A DNA stretch of 64,000 nucleotides. Origin: an uncultured Oscillospiraceae bacterium (lineage in GTDB: Bacteria > Bacillota > Clostridia > Oscillospirales > Oscillospiraceae). Each line of letters begins with the position of its first letter. Positions within the stretch are counted from its first letter, which is position 1. The notes under the pieces are model-generated. The model did no database searches. It was not told the origin of the DNA and saw only the letters and a program-made list of their open reading frames with translations. The translations under genes were made by a program, and so were the position numbers. Below, one piece after another: positions 47,877-59,827 of this stretch. Location: assembly GCA_944385415.1 (NCBI GenBank), contig CALWXC010000008.1:36446-100445 (forward strand). Direction: 5' to 3'.

Positions 47877-47940
47877 GTTCGTCAAAACGTGTTTTGACGA
47901 ACTCACGGCGAACATGCAACTTTTTGAAGTTGCATGTTCG
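47873..47940. repeat. Two adjacent perfect hairpins in the atpG-atpD spacer
   Basis: GTGAGTTCGTCAAAAC-gt-GTTTTGACGAACTCAC (16-bp arms) and CGAACATGCAACTT-tttg-AAGTTGCATGTTCG (14-bp arms). Confidence 0.85.
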
Positions 47941-48048
47941 GTCTATTGCAATCCGTGCAGGGGACGTTTTGTCCCCCGCACACACCCCCTGCTGCTCTGT
48001 CGCGGCAGCTTTGTGGGGACTTTGGCAGTCTGAGGTGCTGACGCCTAG

Positions 48049-49485
<1,437 letters not shown>

Positions 49486-49487
49486 GT

Positions 49488-49898
49488 ATGAACGCCTACC
49501 ATCTGCAAATCGTCACGCCGGACGGTCTGCGCTTTGACGGAGAGGCTCAGAGCCTGCTGGTGCGTACCACCACGGGTGATGTGGGCATCCGTGCCCGCCA
49601 CGCCAACTATGTGGCGCCGTTGGGTATGGGTGTTGCCCGGGTGACCATTGACGGTCAGGAGCGCCGCGGCGCTTGTGTTGGCGGCATGGTATCGGTGCTC
49701 AAAGGCGAGGTGCGGCTGTTGGCCACCAGCTTTGAGTGGGCCGAGGATATTGATGTGGAACGGGCCAAGGCCGCCGAGGCCGGCGCCCGCGCCATCCTGG
49801 ACCATCCCGACCAGCATGACGCCGAGACGCTGGAACTGGCCGAAGGCCGTCTGCGCCGGGCGTTGATCCGCCAGAGCGCGGCGGAAAAGCCCCAATAA
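49488..49898 (+). CDS. atpC: F1 ATP synthase subunit epsilon
   Basis: LQIVTPD, GDVGIRARHA, AEDIDVERA. Confidence 0.95.
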   Translation: MNAYHLQIVTPDGLRFDGEAQSLLVRTTTGDVGIRARHANYVAPLGMGVARVTIDGQERRGACVGGMVSVLKGEVRLLATSFEWAEDIDVERAKAAEAGARAILDHPDQHDAETLELAEGRLRRALIRQSAAEKPQ

Positions 49899-49909
49899 GG
49901 TTTGACAAA

Positions 49910-49937
49910 GGAGTGCTGCACCTGCAGCACTCCTTTT
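49910..49937 (+). terminator. Terminator of the atp operon
   Basis: AAAGGAGTGCTGCA-cc-TGCAGCACTCCTTTT. Confidence 0.8.
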
Positions 49938-49988
49938 GTGCCGTTTTCGGTTCCGCCCTATCAATAGGAAGGGACCGCCGCCAGAATA

Positions 49989-50435
49989 TGCGGGGCGGGA
50001 CCTGTGTGTCCCGCCGCCGGAAGGCACTTGCTGGTTTCCACCGGCCGATTGGTTCCAATCTGTAGGGCGGGGACTTGCCCCGCCGCCAGGATGCACCATT
50101 AACCATTCTGGACGTAGGAGCCGGCATCCCTGACGGACCCGGATGGTAATACAATATGGGCGCGTCAAGGATGCCGCGCCCTATGGATAGTGGGGGTATA
50201 AAAAGGCCGCCGTCCGCCACCCGCGATGGGGTGGGGACGACGGCCTTACGGCTGACGCCGTGGGGATAGCGCCATCTGCGGATGGCGCTTTGGGACGACT
50301 GGGGATTTCGCCCGCTGCGGCGGGCGGGAATTTCGCTGGCTGCGGCCAGCGGGTATTTCGCCCCGTGCGCGGGGCAACCGGGGGCGCTGCCCCCTGGACC
50401 CCTACGTTTTTTTGAAAAAAATCGAGTAAAACTTT
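49989..50435 (+). repeat. GTAG-REP cluster plus medium copy of the dispersed element
   Basis: REPs at 49989, 50062, 50114 and inverted 50158-50184; modules 50200-50435 end AAAAAAATCGAGTAAAACTTT. Confidence 0.85.
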
Positions 50436-50453
50436 AGTGTTTGGGTGCGGTGG

Positions 50454-50888
50454 TTACAGATAGGGCCACAAATCCCGTTGGAGACGCTGTTCGGCGGCAA
50501 TCAAATCTGTGGCCACGGTCCGGGCCTCCTGGGCCGCCTGGGGGTATCGATTACAATACTTATGCAGGGACTTGATGCCCATACTGCACCCGTCGGCCAA
50601 CAGGTCCGCCACCGACTGATCCCCCGGCTGCAGCGTCAGTTTCACGGTGGTTTTGAGACTGCTCATGCCCTTTGCCACAGCGCTGGGCGCTTTGGGCCGT
50701 CCGTCAAACCGGTGGAGCAGGTCATGGGTCTGCCGCCACAAAATTTGATGGTCCTCCTTGCACCGGTGCAGCTGGCGGCGCAGCTGGGGGCTTTCCACCG
50801 ACGGCAGCACCTCGTCAATGGCGTGCAGCGCCATCTGGATGCCGGAATCACATTCGCCCAACAGTTTGCGGGTATCGTCCTGAATCAT
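50454..50888 (-). CDS. Conserved hypothetical helical (ferritin-like) protein
   Basis: RBS CAGGAGG; helical pattern CDSGIQMA..DEV..HQ and DGCSMGIKSL, suggestive of a four-helix bundle. Confidence 0.6.
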   Translation of the reverse strand: MIQDDTRKLLGECDSGIQMALHAIDEVLPSVESPQLRRQLHRCKEDHQILWRQTHDLLHRFDGRPKAPSAVAKGMSSLKTTVKLTLQPGDQSVADLLADGCSMGIKSLHKYCNRYPQAAQEARTVATDLIAAEQRLQRDLWPYL

Positions 50889-50960
50889 GGTAAGTACCTC
50901 CTGTGTCCGTTTGGGATAAGGATGCACCGTTTTGCCGCAAACTATAAGGGGAATGGTCCA

Positions 50961-51464
50961 TTAACCAAAGACTTTTTTGACCTGCTGGGCAAACCGCTGT
51001 CCGAAAATCTTCATCAGGGCCGCGCCCTCGGTCTCCTGGTCCCGTAGGCACACGGGGCCCAGATGGATAAAGGGCTGACCGTAAGCGCCGCCGCCGGAAT
51101 AGACCATGGCGCCCTGGACCATCAGATGGGTCAGAATATGTTCTACAGCCACCACCGGGCCGCCCACGGCAAAATTGGCCGTGGCAAACGCGCCGCACAG
51201 CTTGCCCGCCATCTTGCAGGGGCAGACGTCCAGCCACTGCTTGATCTGCCAGGCTTCTCCGGCGTAATAGTCCGGCGTGCCCACCAAAACACCGTCGGCG
51301 CTGTTGACAAACTCCACGGCCTCGGTGTTTTCCTTGGTCACATCAGTGATGGACAGGCAGCGGACTTCACAGCCGGGTTCCTGCTCCAGAATGCCGGCGG
51401 CGATGGCTTCGGCCATGGCCTTGGTGCGACCTGTGGCGGAGAAATAACAAATGGCGATTTTCAT
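50961..51464 (-). CDS. Flavodoxin / WrbA-like flavoprotein
   Basis: YFSATGRTKAMAEAIA FMN loop, GTPDYY, HLGPV. Confidence 0.85.
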   Translation of the reverse strand: MKIAICYFSATGRTKAMAEAIAAGILEQEPGCEVRCLSITDVTKENTEAVEFVNSADGVLVGTPDYYAGEAWQIKQWLDVCPCKMAGKLCGAFATANFAVGGPVVAVEHILTHLMVQGAMVYSGGGAYGQPFIHLGPVCLRDQETEGAALMKIFGQRFAQQVKKVFG

Positions 51465-51522
51465 GGTATGGTGCTCCTTTGTTTTGAGATGGTCCCATTA
51501 TAGCACCATTCCACCCCCGCCG

Positions 51523-52206
51523 TCAAAAGCAACCATAGGACACGCCTGGCTCCAATGTCCCGTTATGCACCAGGGCCAGTTCCGACACAGTGCAGAATTG
51601 ATATCCTTGGGCTTCCAGCTGGTCAATGGCCAGCAGCACCCCCTGCACGGAACTGTTGTGGAGATCGTGGAGCAGCACAATGCTGCCGTCTTCCACTGTT
51701 TCCACAATTCGCTGTGCAACAATTTGCGGATTGTCACAGCACCAGTCCATGGTGTCCACATTCCAAAGGATGATAGGCAGCCCCAGTTCCGCCGCCGTCT
51801 CCCGTACCGTATCGCTGAGCAGGCCCCCCGGCGGCCGCAGCACCGTGGGCCGCTGCCCCGTCAGGGCCGCAATTCGGTCCGCCGTGGTTGTGATTTCTTC
51901 TACCACCTTGTCCCGCGACAGGTCGTTGAGGTAACAGTGGGAGTAGCCATGGACGCCCAGCTCATGGCCGTTTTCCGCAATTTGTTCCACAAGCTGTGGA
52001 GCGTTTTCCATGCGGTAGCCGCAGAGAAAGAAGGTGGCTGACACGTACCGTTCCGCCAGCCCCGCCAACAGCCGTTCCGTGACGCCGGGCGTAGGCCCGT
52101 CGTCAAAGGTCAGCGCCACAAATTTTTCCGGCCCCTTCTGGGCCTGAACCGGTCCCAGCAGCACACAGGCCGCCGTCACTGCCCACAGCCACCGGCTGCA
52201 TTTCAT
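51523..52206 (-). CDS. Secreted polysaccharide deacetylase (NodB domain)
   Basis: Signal peptide, ALTFDDGP, GVHGYSH, LRPPGG, DTMDW, VLLHD. Confidence 0.92.
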   Translation of the reverse strand: MKCSRWLWAVTAACVLLGPVQAQKGPEKFVALTFDDGPTPGVTERLLAGLAERYVSATFFLCGYRMENAPQLVEQIAENGHELGVHGYSHCYLNDLSRDKVVEEITTTADRIAALTGQRPTVLRPPGGLLSDTVRETAAELGLPIILWNVDTMDWCCDNPQIVAQRIVETVEDGSIVLLHDLHNSSVQGVLLAIDQLEAQGYQFCTVSELALVHNGTLEPGVSYGCF

Positions 52207-52306
52207 ACCATCGCCCCCCTGTGGGCATAGTATGTGCCGAAAGAACATTTGACGGCCATAGAAATTTGCAGTAAAATAAGAAGGATTATGGAAAGGGGGG
52301 AAGAAC

Positions 52307-53113
52307 ATGGTACGTACCGTGTGTCCCGTCTGCGGACAGCCGCTGACGATGGAAAAACCGGCCTGGCACTGTGACACCGGTCACAGCTTCGATGTGGCAA
52401 GACAGGGTTATGTAAACTTACTGACCGTGGACCGGAAGCACTCCAAACAGCCGGGCGATTCCACAGCCCAGGTGGAGGCCCGCCGGGCCTTTCTCAGTGC
52501 GGGCTATTATGCGCCCATGGCGGCGCGGCTGGCGGAGATTGTGGCAGGGGAGCGGCCCCGGACCATCCTCGACGCCGGATGCGGCGAGGGATACTATTTG
52601 ACGGAATTGGGCAAAGCATTGCCGGAGACGGAGCGGTGGGGCATCGATATTTCCCGGGAAGCCGTCCGCCGGGCGGCGGGCCGGGACAAGCAGGCCCATT
52701 GGCTCACGGCCACGGCGGCCCATCTGCCCTTTGCAGACGGCAGCTTTGACTGTGTTCTCTCCCTGTTCGCCCTGACGGCGGCGGAGGAATTTCACCGGGT
52801 GCTGCGGCCCGGCGGCCTGTTTTTGCAGGTGGTGGCGGGGCCGGACCATCTGCGGGGCCTGCGGACTATCATCTATGACACGGTGGCGGAAAAGGAAAAA
52901 GAGCGGTCCCGCCCCTTGCCGGGCTTCGTGCTGGAACGGTCGGAAACGGTGGAATTTTCCTTTACATTGACGGAAACCGGCCGGGTTCTGGAATTGCTTG
53001 CCATGACGCCCCATTTTATGTGGATTTCCAAGGCCGGGGCCGACCGGGCCAGGGCGGCGGAAGGACTGACCGATACCTTCCAGGCGGTGTGCAACGGCTA
53101 CCGCGCCATTTGA
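52307..53113 (+). CDS. rlmA: RlmA-like 23S rRNA m1G methyltransferase
   Basis: Zn finger CPVC..CDTGHSFD, QGYVNLL, ARRAFLSAGYY, LDAGCGEGYY. Confidence 0.75.
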   Translation: MVRTVCPVCGQPLTMEKPAWHCDTGHSFDVARQGYVNLLTVDRKHSKQPGDSTAQVEARRAFLSAGYYAPMAARLAEIVAGERPRTILDAGCGEGYYLTELGKALPETERWGIDISREAVRRAAGRDKQAHWLTATAAHLPFADGSFDCVLSLFALTAAEEFHRVLRPGGLFLQVVAGPDHLRGLRTIIYDTVAEKEKERSRPLPGFVLERSETVEFSFTLTETGRVLELLAMTPHFMWISKAGADRARAAEGLTDTFQAVCNGYRAI

Positions 53114-53132
53114 AAACAAGAAGGAGAAACGT

Positions 53133-54206
53133 ATGCTGGATAAGCTGAAGCTGGTGGAAGAAAAGTACATGGAGATGGAGGAACGCTCCACCCAGCCGGA
53201 CTTCTACAGCGACCCCAAGGCGGCGGCCAAGCTGCTGAAGGAGCAGAGAGATTTGGAACCGGTGGTGGAAGCCTACCGGGCCTACCGCAAGACCCAACAG
53301 GAGCTCCACGATCTGCGGGAGATGCTGGACGGTTCCCTGGAACCGGACATGCGGGACCTGTGCCAGGAGGAGTTCACCCAGGCCAAAAAGGATTTGGAAG
53401 CGTTGGAACAGCAGTTGAAAATCCTGCTGCTGCCAAAGGACCCCAACGACGACAAAAACGTCATTCTCGAAATCCGCGGCGGTGTGGGCGGCGAGGAAAG
53501 CGCCCTGTTTGCCCACTCGCTGTTCCGGATGTATCAGATGTACGCCGCGTCCAAGGGCTGGACCATGGAGATTCTCAACTACAACGAGACGGAGCTGGGC
53601 GGCGTCAAGGAGGCGGACTGCATCATCAACGGCAGCGGCGCCTATTCCCGTTTGAAATTTGAAAGCGGCGTTCATCGGGTCCAGAGGGTGCCGGAGACCG
53701 AGTCCGGCGGCCGTGTCCACACCTCCACGGCCACTGTGGCCGTGCTGCCGGAGATGGAAGAGGTGGACGTGGAAATCCGTCCCGAGGATATTGAGATGCA
53801 GGTATTTCGGTCCTCCGGCGCCGGCGGCCAGCACATCAACAAGACGTCCTCGGCGGTGCGTCTGATTCACAAGCCCTCGGGCATTGTGGTGGCCTGCCAG
53901 GAGGAACGCAGCCAAGTCCAGAACCGGGAAAAGTGCATGAAAATGCTGGCGTCCAAGCTGTATGAAATTGAACAGACCCGCATTGAGACGGAGCACTCAG
54001 ACCAGCGCCGCTCCCAGGTGGGCACCGGTATGCGCAACGAGCGTATCCGCACCTATAACTTTCCCCAGGGGCGGGTGACAGACCACCGCATCGGCCTGAC
54101 CCTCTACAAAATCGACGCCTTTATGGACGGCGATCTCGATGAAATGATCGACGCGCTGGTGACGGCAGATCAGGCCGAAAAGCTCCAGCGCAGCGAGAAA
54201 GCGTGA
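53133..54206 (+). CDS. prfA: Peptide chain release factor 1
   Basis: GVHRVQRVPETE (PxT), GAGGQHINKT, RIRTYNFPQGRVTDHRI. Confidence 0.98.
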   Translation: MLDKLKLVEEKYMEMEERSTQPDFYSDPKAAAKLLKEQRDLEPVVEAYRAYRKTQQELHDLREMLDGSLEPDMRDLCQEEFTQAKKDLEALEQQLKILLLPKDPNDDKNVILEIRGGVGGEESALFAHSLFRMYQMYAASKGWTMEILNYNETELGGVKEADCIINGSGAYSRLKFESGVHRVQRVPETESGGRVHTSTATVAVLPEMEEVDVEIRPEDIEMQVFRSSGAGGQHINKTSSAVRLIHKPSGIVVACQEERSQVQNREKCMKMLASKLYEIEQTRIETEHSDQRRSQVGTGMRNERIRTYNFPQGRVTDHRIGLTLYKIDAFMDGDLDEMIDALVTADQAEKLQRSEKA

Positions 54207-54210
54207 GACC

Positions 54211-55242
54211 ATGGAAACACTGTTTTTACCGGCCCAGGACCCGCAGACGGCGGAGAAAGCCGCGGAAATTCTCAAACACGGCGGCTTGGTGGCGTTGCCC
54301 ACGGAGACCGTTTACGGTCTGGGAGCCAATGGCCTGGACGGCGACGCCGTCTTGAAAATCTTTGAGGCCAAGGGCCGTCCCCAGGATAACCCGCTGATTC
54401 TCCATGTGGCCCAACCGGAGGATATCCGGGAAATTTGCGACCCCATTCCCGAAACCGCCTGGCGTCTGGCGGAACGATTCTGGCCGGGTCCTCTGACCAT
54501 GGTGCTGGCCTGCCGCCCGTCGGTGCCCAGGCGTACCACGGCGGGGCTGGACACGGTGGCGGTCCGCTGCCCGCGCACGCCCATTACACGGGAGATCATC
54601 CGGTTATCCGGCGTACCCATTGCGGCCCCGTCGGCCAACCGGTCCGGCAAGCCCAGCACCACCACGGCGGATCATGTGCGCCACGATATGGAGGGCCGCA
54701 TTGACGCCATTGTGGACGGCGGTCCCTGCGACGTGGGTGTGGAATCCACCATTGTTGATTTGACCGGCCCCGTGGCCCGGCTCCTGCGGCCCGGCGGCGT
54801 CACGCCGGAGCAGCTGCGGGACGTGGTGGGGGAACTGATCGTCGATAAAGCCGTCACCTCGCAAATTGACAAGGACGCTGTGGTCCGGGCCCCCGGTATG
54901 AAATATAAGCACTACGCCCCCCAGGGCGAGGTGAAAATCATTGCCGGGCCCAGAGAAAAGGCCGCGGCCTACATCCGCCGTCACTTCCAGGACGGCGACG
55001 CCGTTTTGTGCTTTGAAGAGGAGCTGCCCCTCTACGAGGGCTGCAACCCCACGGCCTACGGCAGGGAATCCGACACAGCCACCCTGGCCCATGGCCTGTT
55101 TGCGGCCCTGCGGGATTTGGACCGGGCCGATATCCGGGTGATTTTCGCCCGCTGCCCCGAGGGCGGCGGTGTGGCCTATGCGGTCCAGAACCGGCTGCGA
55201 AAGGCTGCCGGGTTCCAGATCGTCACGGAGGACCAGCTATGA
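54211..55242 (+). CDS. sua5: Threonylcarbamoyl-AMP synthase (Sua5)
   Basis: PTETVYGLGA, KGRPQDNPLI, AAPSANRSG, RAPGMKYKHYAP plus a SUA5 C-terminal domain. Confidence 0.95.
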   Translation: METLFLPAQDPQTAEKAAEILKHGGLVALPTETVYGLGANGLDGDAVLKIFEAKGRPQDNPLILHVAQPEDIREICDPIPETAWRLAERFWPGPLTMVLACRPSVPRRTTAGLDTVAVRCPRTPITREIIRLSGVPIAAPSANRSGKPSTTTADHVRHDMEGRIDAIVDGGPCDVGVESTIVDLTGPVARLLRPGGVTPEQLRDVVGELIVDKAVTSQIDKDAVVRAPGMKYKHYAPQGEVKIIAGPREKAAAYIRRHFQDGDAVLCFEEELPLYEGCNPTAYGRESDTATLAHGLFAALRDLDRADIRVIFARCPEGGGVAYAVQNRLRKAAGFQIVTEDQL

Positions 55243-57236
55243 AGGTGCTGGGTATCACCGGCGGCACCGGCTGCGGTAAGACGACGCTGCTGCATCAGGT
55301 GGAAGCCCTGGGCGGCTGTGTCATCGATTGCGACGAAGTTTACCACCGGCTGCTGGAGACAGACCACGACTTGCTGGCCGCCATTGACTGCGCCTTTCCC
55401 GGCGTGGTACAGGACGGCGTATTGCAGCGCAGAAAACTGGGCAAAGTGGTCTTTGGAGACGAAGCCGCGTTGCAGCGGCTCAATGCCCTGGTCCACCCCT
55501 TTATCATCGGGGCTGTGGAGCAGCGGCTGAAACAGGCCCAACAGGGCGGCCGCCCGCTGGCGGCCATCGACGCCGTGGGACTGGTGGAAAGCGGCCTGGG
55601 CCAGCTGTGCGACGGTACCGTGGCTGTGACAGCCCCGGCGGAAGACCGGGTGCGGCGGCTGATGGCCCGGGAGGGCATCGACGAGGACTACGCCAGGCTG
55701 CGCATTGCCGCCCAAAAATCCGATTTGGAATTTGCTGCCCAATGTACGTGGCAGATTCACAATAATTACGCCACTGCCGCGGACTTTTCGACGGTCTGCG
55801 GACGGTGGCTGCACCAATGGTTAGGAGGAACTATAATGTCTGAAATGGACTGGAAAGCTGTCCGCGAGACGCTGCTGCACAACCCCAAGCAGGCCCGTCT
55901 CGACGACAAGGACAAAGAGGAACTGAACGTCTACTGCAAGGACTACATGCAATTCATGGACCGGGCCAAGACGGAGCGGGAAGCCGTGGAAGTGGCCGTG
56001 GAGGCCGCCCGTGCCGCCGGTTTCGTGGAGTTCAACCCGGAGATGCAGCTGCGTCCCGGTGACAAGGTCTACTGTGTCAACCGCAAAAAGGCCGTGTCCT
56101 TTGTGGTCATCGGCAAGAAGCCCCTGGACAAGGGTACCCGCATGGTCATCGCCCATACGGATTCCCCCCGTCTGGACCTGAAGCCCGTGCCTCTGTATGA
56201 GGAGGGCGAAATTGCCTACTTCAAGACCCATTACTATGGCGGCATCAAGAAGTACCAGTGGCCCACGGTGCCCCTGGCCCTCCACGGCATCCTGGCCCTC
56301 ACCGACGGCAGCGTGCTGAAGGTCAATATCGGCGAGGACGACAACGACCCTGTGTTCTGCGTTTCCGATCTGCTGGTCCACCTGTCCGGCGAGCAGATGA
56401 AGAAGACCCTCAGCGAGGGTATTACCGGCGAGCAGCTCAATGTGATTCTGGGTACCCGTCCCCTGGACGATGACGACGGCGACAGCAACCGCATCAAGCT
56501 GGCCATTATGATGCTGCTCCATGACAAGTACGGCATCACGGAGGAGGATTTCCTGTCTGCCGAGCTGACCATGGTCCCGGCCCTCAAGGCCAGAGAGGTG
56601 GGTCTGGACCGGAGTCTCATCGGCGCTTACGGCCACGACGACCGGGTGTGCGCCTATGCCGGTTTCTACCCCATGCTGCATATGCAGGAGGCCCCCGAGC
56701 ATACGTCCATCTGCATTTTCGCAGACAAGGAGGAAATCGGTTCCGAGGGCGTCACCGGCATTCAGTCTCAGGACTTTGAAACCATGATGGAGGACCTGTG
56801 CGCCTGCCAGAAGGTCAGCGTCCGCCGCTGCCTGGGCAACTCCATCTGCTTCTCCGCCGATGTGACGGCGGCCTACGACCCCAGCTTCTCCGAGGTCTTC
56901 GACCGCCGCAACTCCGCCATGCTGAACCATGGCATTGCCCTGTGCAAGTACACCGGCTCCCGCGGCAAGGCCGGCGCGTCCGACGCTGCCGGTGAAGTCA
57001 TGGCCCGGTTCCGCCGCGCCTTCCAGCGGGGCGGCGTGGCCTGGCAGGTCTGCGAAATGGGCAAGGTGGACGCCGGCGGCGGCGGCACCGTAGCCAAGTA
57101 TATGGCTGCCCGGAATATCGATACCCTGGACGCCGGTGTGCCGGTGCTGTCCATGCACGCTCCCTGGGAGCTGGTCTCCAAGGTGGATTGCTTCATGACC
57201 ATGAAGGCGTGCCGCGTGTTCTATCACATGGACTGA
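55239..57236 (+). CDS. coaE: In-frame fusion: dephospho-CoA kinase plus M18 family aminopeptidase
   Basis: GITGGTGCGKT, IDCD, RLNALVHP; then AHTDSPRLDLK, KTHYYGGIKKYQW, GHDDR, DKEEIGS, SMHAPWE. No stop; internal AGGAGG and ATG at 55836. Confidence 0.85.
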   Translation: MKVLGITGGTGCGKTTLLHQVEALGGCVIDCDEVYHRLLETDHDLLAAIDCAFPGVVQDGVLQRRKLGKVVFGDEAALQRLNALVHPFIIGAVEQRLKQAQQGGRPLAAIDAVGLVESGLGQLCDGTVAVTAPAEDRVRRLMAREGIDEDYARLRIAAQKSDLEFAAQCTWQIHNNYATAADFSTVCGRWLHQWLGGTIMSEMDWKAVRETLLHNPKQARLDDKDKEELNVYCKDYMQFMDRAKTEREAVEVAVEAARAAGFVEFNPEMQLRPGDKVYCVNRKKAVSFVVIGKKPLDKGTRMVIAHTDSPRLDLKPVPLYEEGEIAYFKTHYYGGIKKYQWPTVPLALHGILALTDGSVLKVNIGEDDNDPVFCVSDLLVHLSGEQMKKTLSEGITGEQLNVILGTRPLDDDDGDSNRIKLAIMMLLHDKYGITEEDFLSAELTMVPALKAREVGLDRSLIGAYGHDDRVCAYAGFYPMLHMQEAPEHTSICIFADKEEIGSEGVTGIQSQDFETMMEDLCACQKVSVRRCLGNSICFSADVTAAYDPSFSEVFDRRNSAMLNHGIALCKYTGSRGKAGASDAAGEVMARFRRAFQRGGVAWQVCEMGKVDAGGGGTVAKYMAARNIDTLDAGVPVLSMHAPWELVSKVDCFMTMKACRVFYHMD

Positions 57237-57246
57237 TCCTTTGCAA

Positions 57247-57283
57247 CAAAAAGAACCAACCGCTTCAGCGGTTGGTTCTTCTT
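57247..57283. terminator. Bidirectional terminator
   Basis: AAAAAGAACCAACCGCT-tc-AGCGGTTGGTTCTTCTT between convergent genes. Confidence 0.8.
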
Positions 57284-57284
57284 G

Positions 57285-59222
57285 TTATCGGTGCTTTTTC
57301 CGGCGGTCATTGGCCGGGTTCCGGCTGGGCCGTTTGGCCTTGGGCGGGCCCACCCGTCCGTCCCGCTTGGCTTTGGGCGGCTGCTTGCCCGCCTGGGGAT
57401 GCTTCGGCTTCCGGGCCGCCGCTTCACCGGCTCTGGGCCGGATGAGACAATGTTTATCAAACCCGATCAAATCCGTCCGTCCCGCCTTGGTCAACGCCTC
57501 ATGGACCAAGGCGTAATTTTTCGGGTTCCGGTACTGAATCAACGCCCGCTGCATGGCCTTTTCATGGGGATTGGTGGGCACATACACCGGTTCCATGGTC
57601 CGGGGGTCCAATCCTGTATAATACATGACTGTGGACAGGGTGGAGGGGGTGGGGTAGAAGTCCTGGACCTGCTCCGGCATATACCCCAGGTCCCGCAGAT
57701 ATTCCGCCAGCGTCACGGCCTCTTTCAGCGTGGAACCGGGATGGGAGGACATGAGGTAGGGGACCACATACTGTTTCAGTCCGTACTGCTCATTAAGCCG
57801 CTTGTATTTCTCCAGGAACTGGTCATACACGGCCCGGCGGGGCTTGCCCATTTTATCCAACACCGCGTCGGCCACATGCTCCGGGGCCACTTTCAGCTGG
57901 CCGGAAACGTGGTAGCGGACCAGTTCCTTAAAGAATACGTCGCTTTCGTCGGCCAGCATATAGTCGAAGCGGATGCCGGAACGGATGAAGACCTTCTTCA
58001 CATTGGGCAGGTTCCGCAGCTCCCGCAGGAGCTTCAGATAATCCCGGTGGTCGGCAATGAGATTTTTGCAGGGCTTGGGGAACAGACATTGTTTGGTGGG
58101 ACAGACACCGGATTTCAGCTGTTTTTTACAGGCGGGCTGCCGAAAATTGGCCGTGGGGCCGCCCACGTCGTGGATATAGCCCTTGAAATCCGGTTCCCAG
58201 GTCATCTGACGGGCTTCGGCCAGAATAGACTCATGGCTTCTGGTCTGGATAATTCTGCCCTGATGGAACGTCAGAGCGCAGAAGCTGCACCCGCCGAAGC
58301 AGCCGCGGCAGGACACCAGACTGAACCGCACCTCCTCAATGGCAGGGACGCCGCCGGCCTTTTCATAAGAGGGATGATAGGTGCGCATATAGGGCAGACC
58401 GTAGACCCGGTCCATCTCCCGCTGGGAAAGGGGCTTCTGGGGCGGATTCTGCACCACAAATTCTTTCGGCCCGTAGGGTTCCACCAATGCCTTGCCGGAA
58501 AAGGGGTCCGTGTTGCAATACTGGGTATAGAAACTCTCGGCATACTTCCGCTTGTTTTTGCAGAGTTCCTCATAGGAGGGCAGGACCTTGTGGGGCACCG
58601 GCACCGTGGGTTCGGTGGAACGGTATACAGTACCGTCCACAAAAGTGATATCTCTGGGATGGAGGCCGCTGTTGAGGGCTTCCGCCACCTCCACAATGGA
58701 CCGCTCGCCCATGCCGTACAGCAGCAAATCCGCCTGGGAATCCAGCAAAATGGAGCGTTTCAGCTTGTCGGACCAGTAATCGTAATGGGCCAGACGGCGC
58801 AGACTGGCTTCGATGCCGCCGATGATAATGGGAATATCATGATAGACCCGGCGAATCAGATTGCAATAGACCACCGTGGCATAGTCGGGCCGCTTGCCCA
58901 TGACGCCGCCGGGGGTAAAGGCGTCGTTTTTGCGGCGCTTCTTGGAGACGGCGTAGTGATTGACCATGGAATCCATATTGCCGCCGGTGACGAGGAACCC
59001 CAGGCGGGGACGGCCCAGGGCCGTGATGGACTGGGGGTTCTTCCAGTCGGGCTGGGACAGAATGCCGACTTTATAGCCGTTGGCTTCCAGAACCCGGCTG
59101 ATGATGGCATGGCCGAAGGACGGATGATCCACATAGGCATCGCCGATGATATAGATAAAATCGCATTGCTCCCAGCCGCGGGCATTCATGTCGGCCTTGG
59201 AAATGGGCAAAAATTCACGCAT
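57285..59222 (-). CDS. YgiQ family radical SAM protein
   Basis: [63 protein letters not shown]. Confidence 0.95.
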   Translation of the reverse strand: MREFLPISKADMNARGWEQCDFIYIIGDAYVDHPSFGHAIISRVLEANGYKVGILSQPDWKNPQSITALGRPRLGFLVTGGNMDSMVNHYAVSKKRRKNDAFTPGGVMGKRPDYATVVYCNLIRRVYHDIPIIIGGIEASLRRLAHYDYWSDKLKRSILLDSQADLLLYGMGERSIVEVAEALNSGLHPRDITFVDGTVYRSTEPTVPVPHKVLPSYEELCKNKRKYAESFYTQYCNTDPFSGKALVEPYGPKEFVVQNPPQKPLSQREMDRVYGLPYMRTYHPSYEKAGGVPAIEEVRFSLVSCRGCFGGCSFCALTFHQGRIIQTRSHESILAEARQMTWEPDFKGYIHDVGGPTANFRQPACKKQLKSGVCPTKQCLFPKPCKNLIADHRDYLKLLRELRNLPNVKKVFIRSGIRFDYMLADESDVFFKELVRYHVSGQLKVAPEHVADAVLDKMGKPRRAVYDQFLEKYKRLNEQYGLKQYVVPYLMSSHPGSTLKEAVTLAEYLRDLGYMPEQVQDFYPTPSTLSTVMYYTGLDPRTMEPVYVPTNPHEKAMQRALIQYRNPKNYALVHEALTKAGRTDLIGFDKHCLIRPRAGEAAARKPKHPQAGKQPPKAKRDGRVGPPKAKRPSRNPANDRRKKHR

Positions 59223-59308
59223 GATGATTCCTCCTGTATTCGTATCTCCCAGTATAGCAAAGAAATGGAGAGAATAAAAGAGGGAAGTGGCGGAAAAACC
59301 GAAAAGAG

Positions 59309-59767
59309 AAAGCTTTTACTCAATTTTTTCTCGAAAAAATTGCGGGGTCCAGGGGCAGCGCCCCGGTCGCCCGCCGCAGCGGGCGAAATACCCGCTGGCC
59401 GCAGCCAGCGAAACACCTCTAGCGTCCCCAAGCGCCATCCGCAGATGGCGCAATCCCCGGCGAAGCCGAAGGCCGCTGTCCCCACCCTATTGCGGGTGGT
59501 GGGCGGCGGCCTTTTCGCGTACCTCTACCGGCGGCGGGGGCAAGCCCCCACCCTACGGGGTGGAACCCATCGGCCTTGCAGGCAATGGTCCATTTGTACT
59601 GGCGGCGGGACACATCGGTCCTGCCCTACATTCTATGTCGGTAGTTTGTTCGTGGCTGTAGGGCGCGGCATCCTTGACGCGCCCAATCTGCGGCCCATCC
59701 GGGGCCGTCAGGGATGCCGGCCCCTACGCGGTAGTGAGGTAGGGCGGCGATTATGTAGGGCCGCACC
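59309..59767 (-). repeat. Dispersed element (reverse) plus GTAG-REP cluster
   Basis: Diverged terminus AAGCTTTTACTCAATTTTTT at 59309, modules to 59515, then GTAG REPs at 59535-59556, 59597-59629, 59658-59684 and 59701-59727. Confidence 0.85.
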
Positions 59768-59774
59768 ACAAGAA

Positions 59775-59806
59775 AAGGGGAGCGCTGCTCCTTGCAGCGC
59801 TCCCCA
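59775..59806 (-). terminator. Terminator of the DUF134-NifX gene
   Basis: GGGGAGCGCTGC-tcctt-GCAGCGCTCCCC with an A-tract on the plus strand (U-tract in the transcript). Confidence 0.75.
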
Positions 59807-59827
59807 AGGTAAAATAAAAATATGCAA

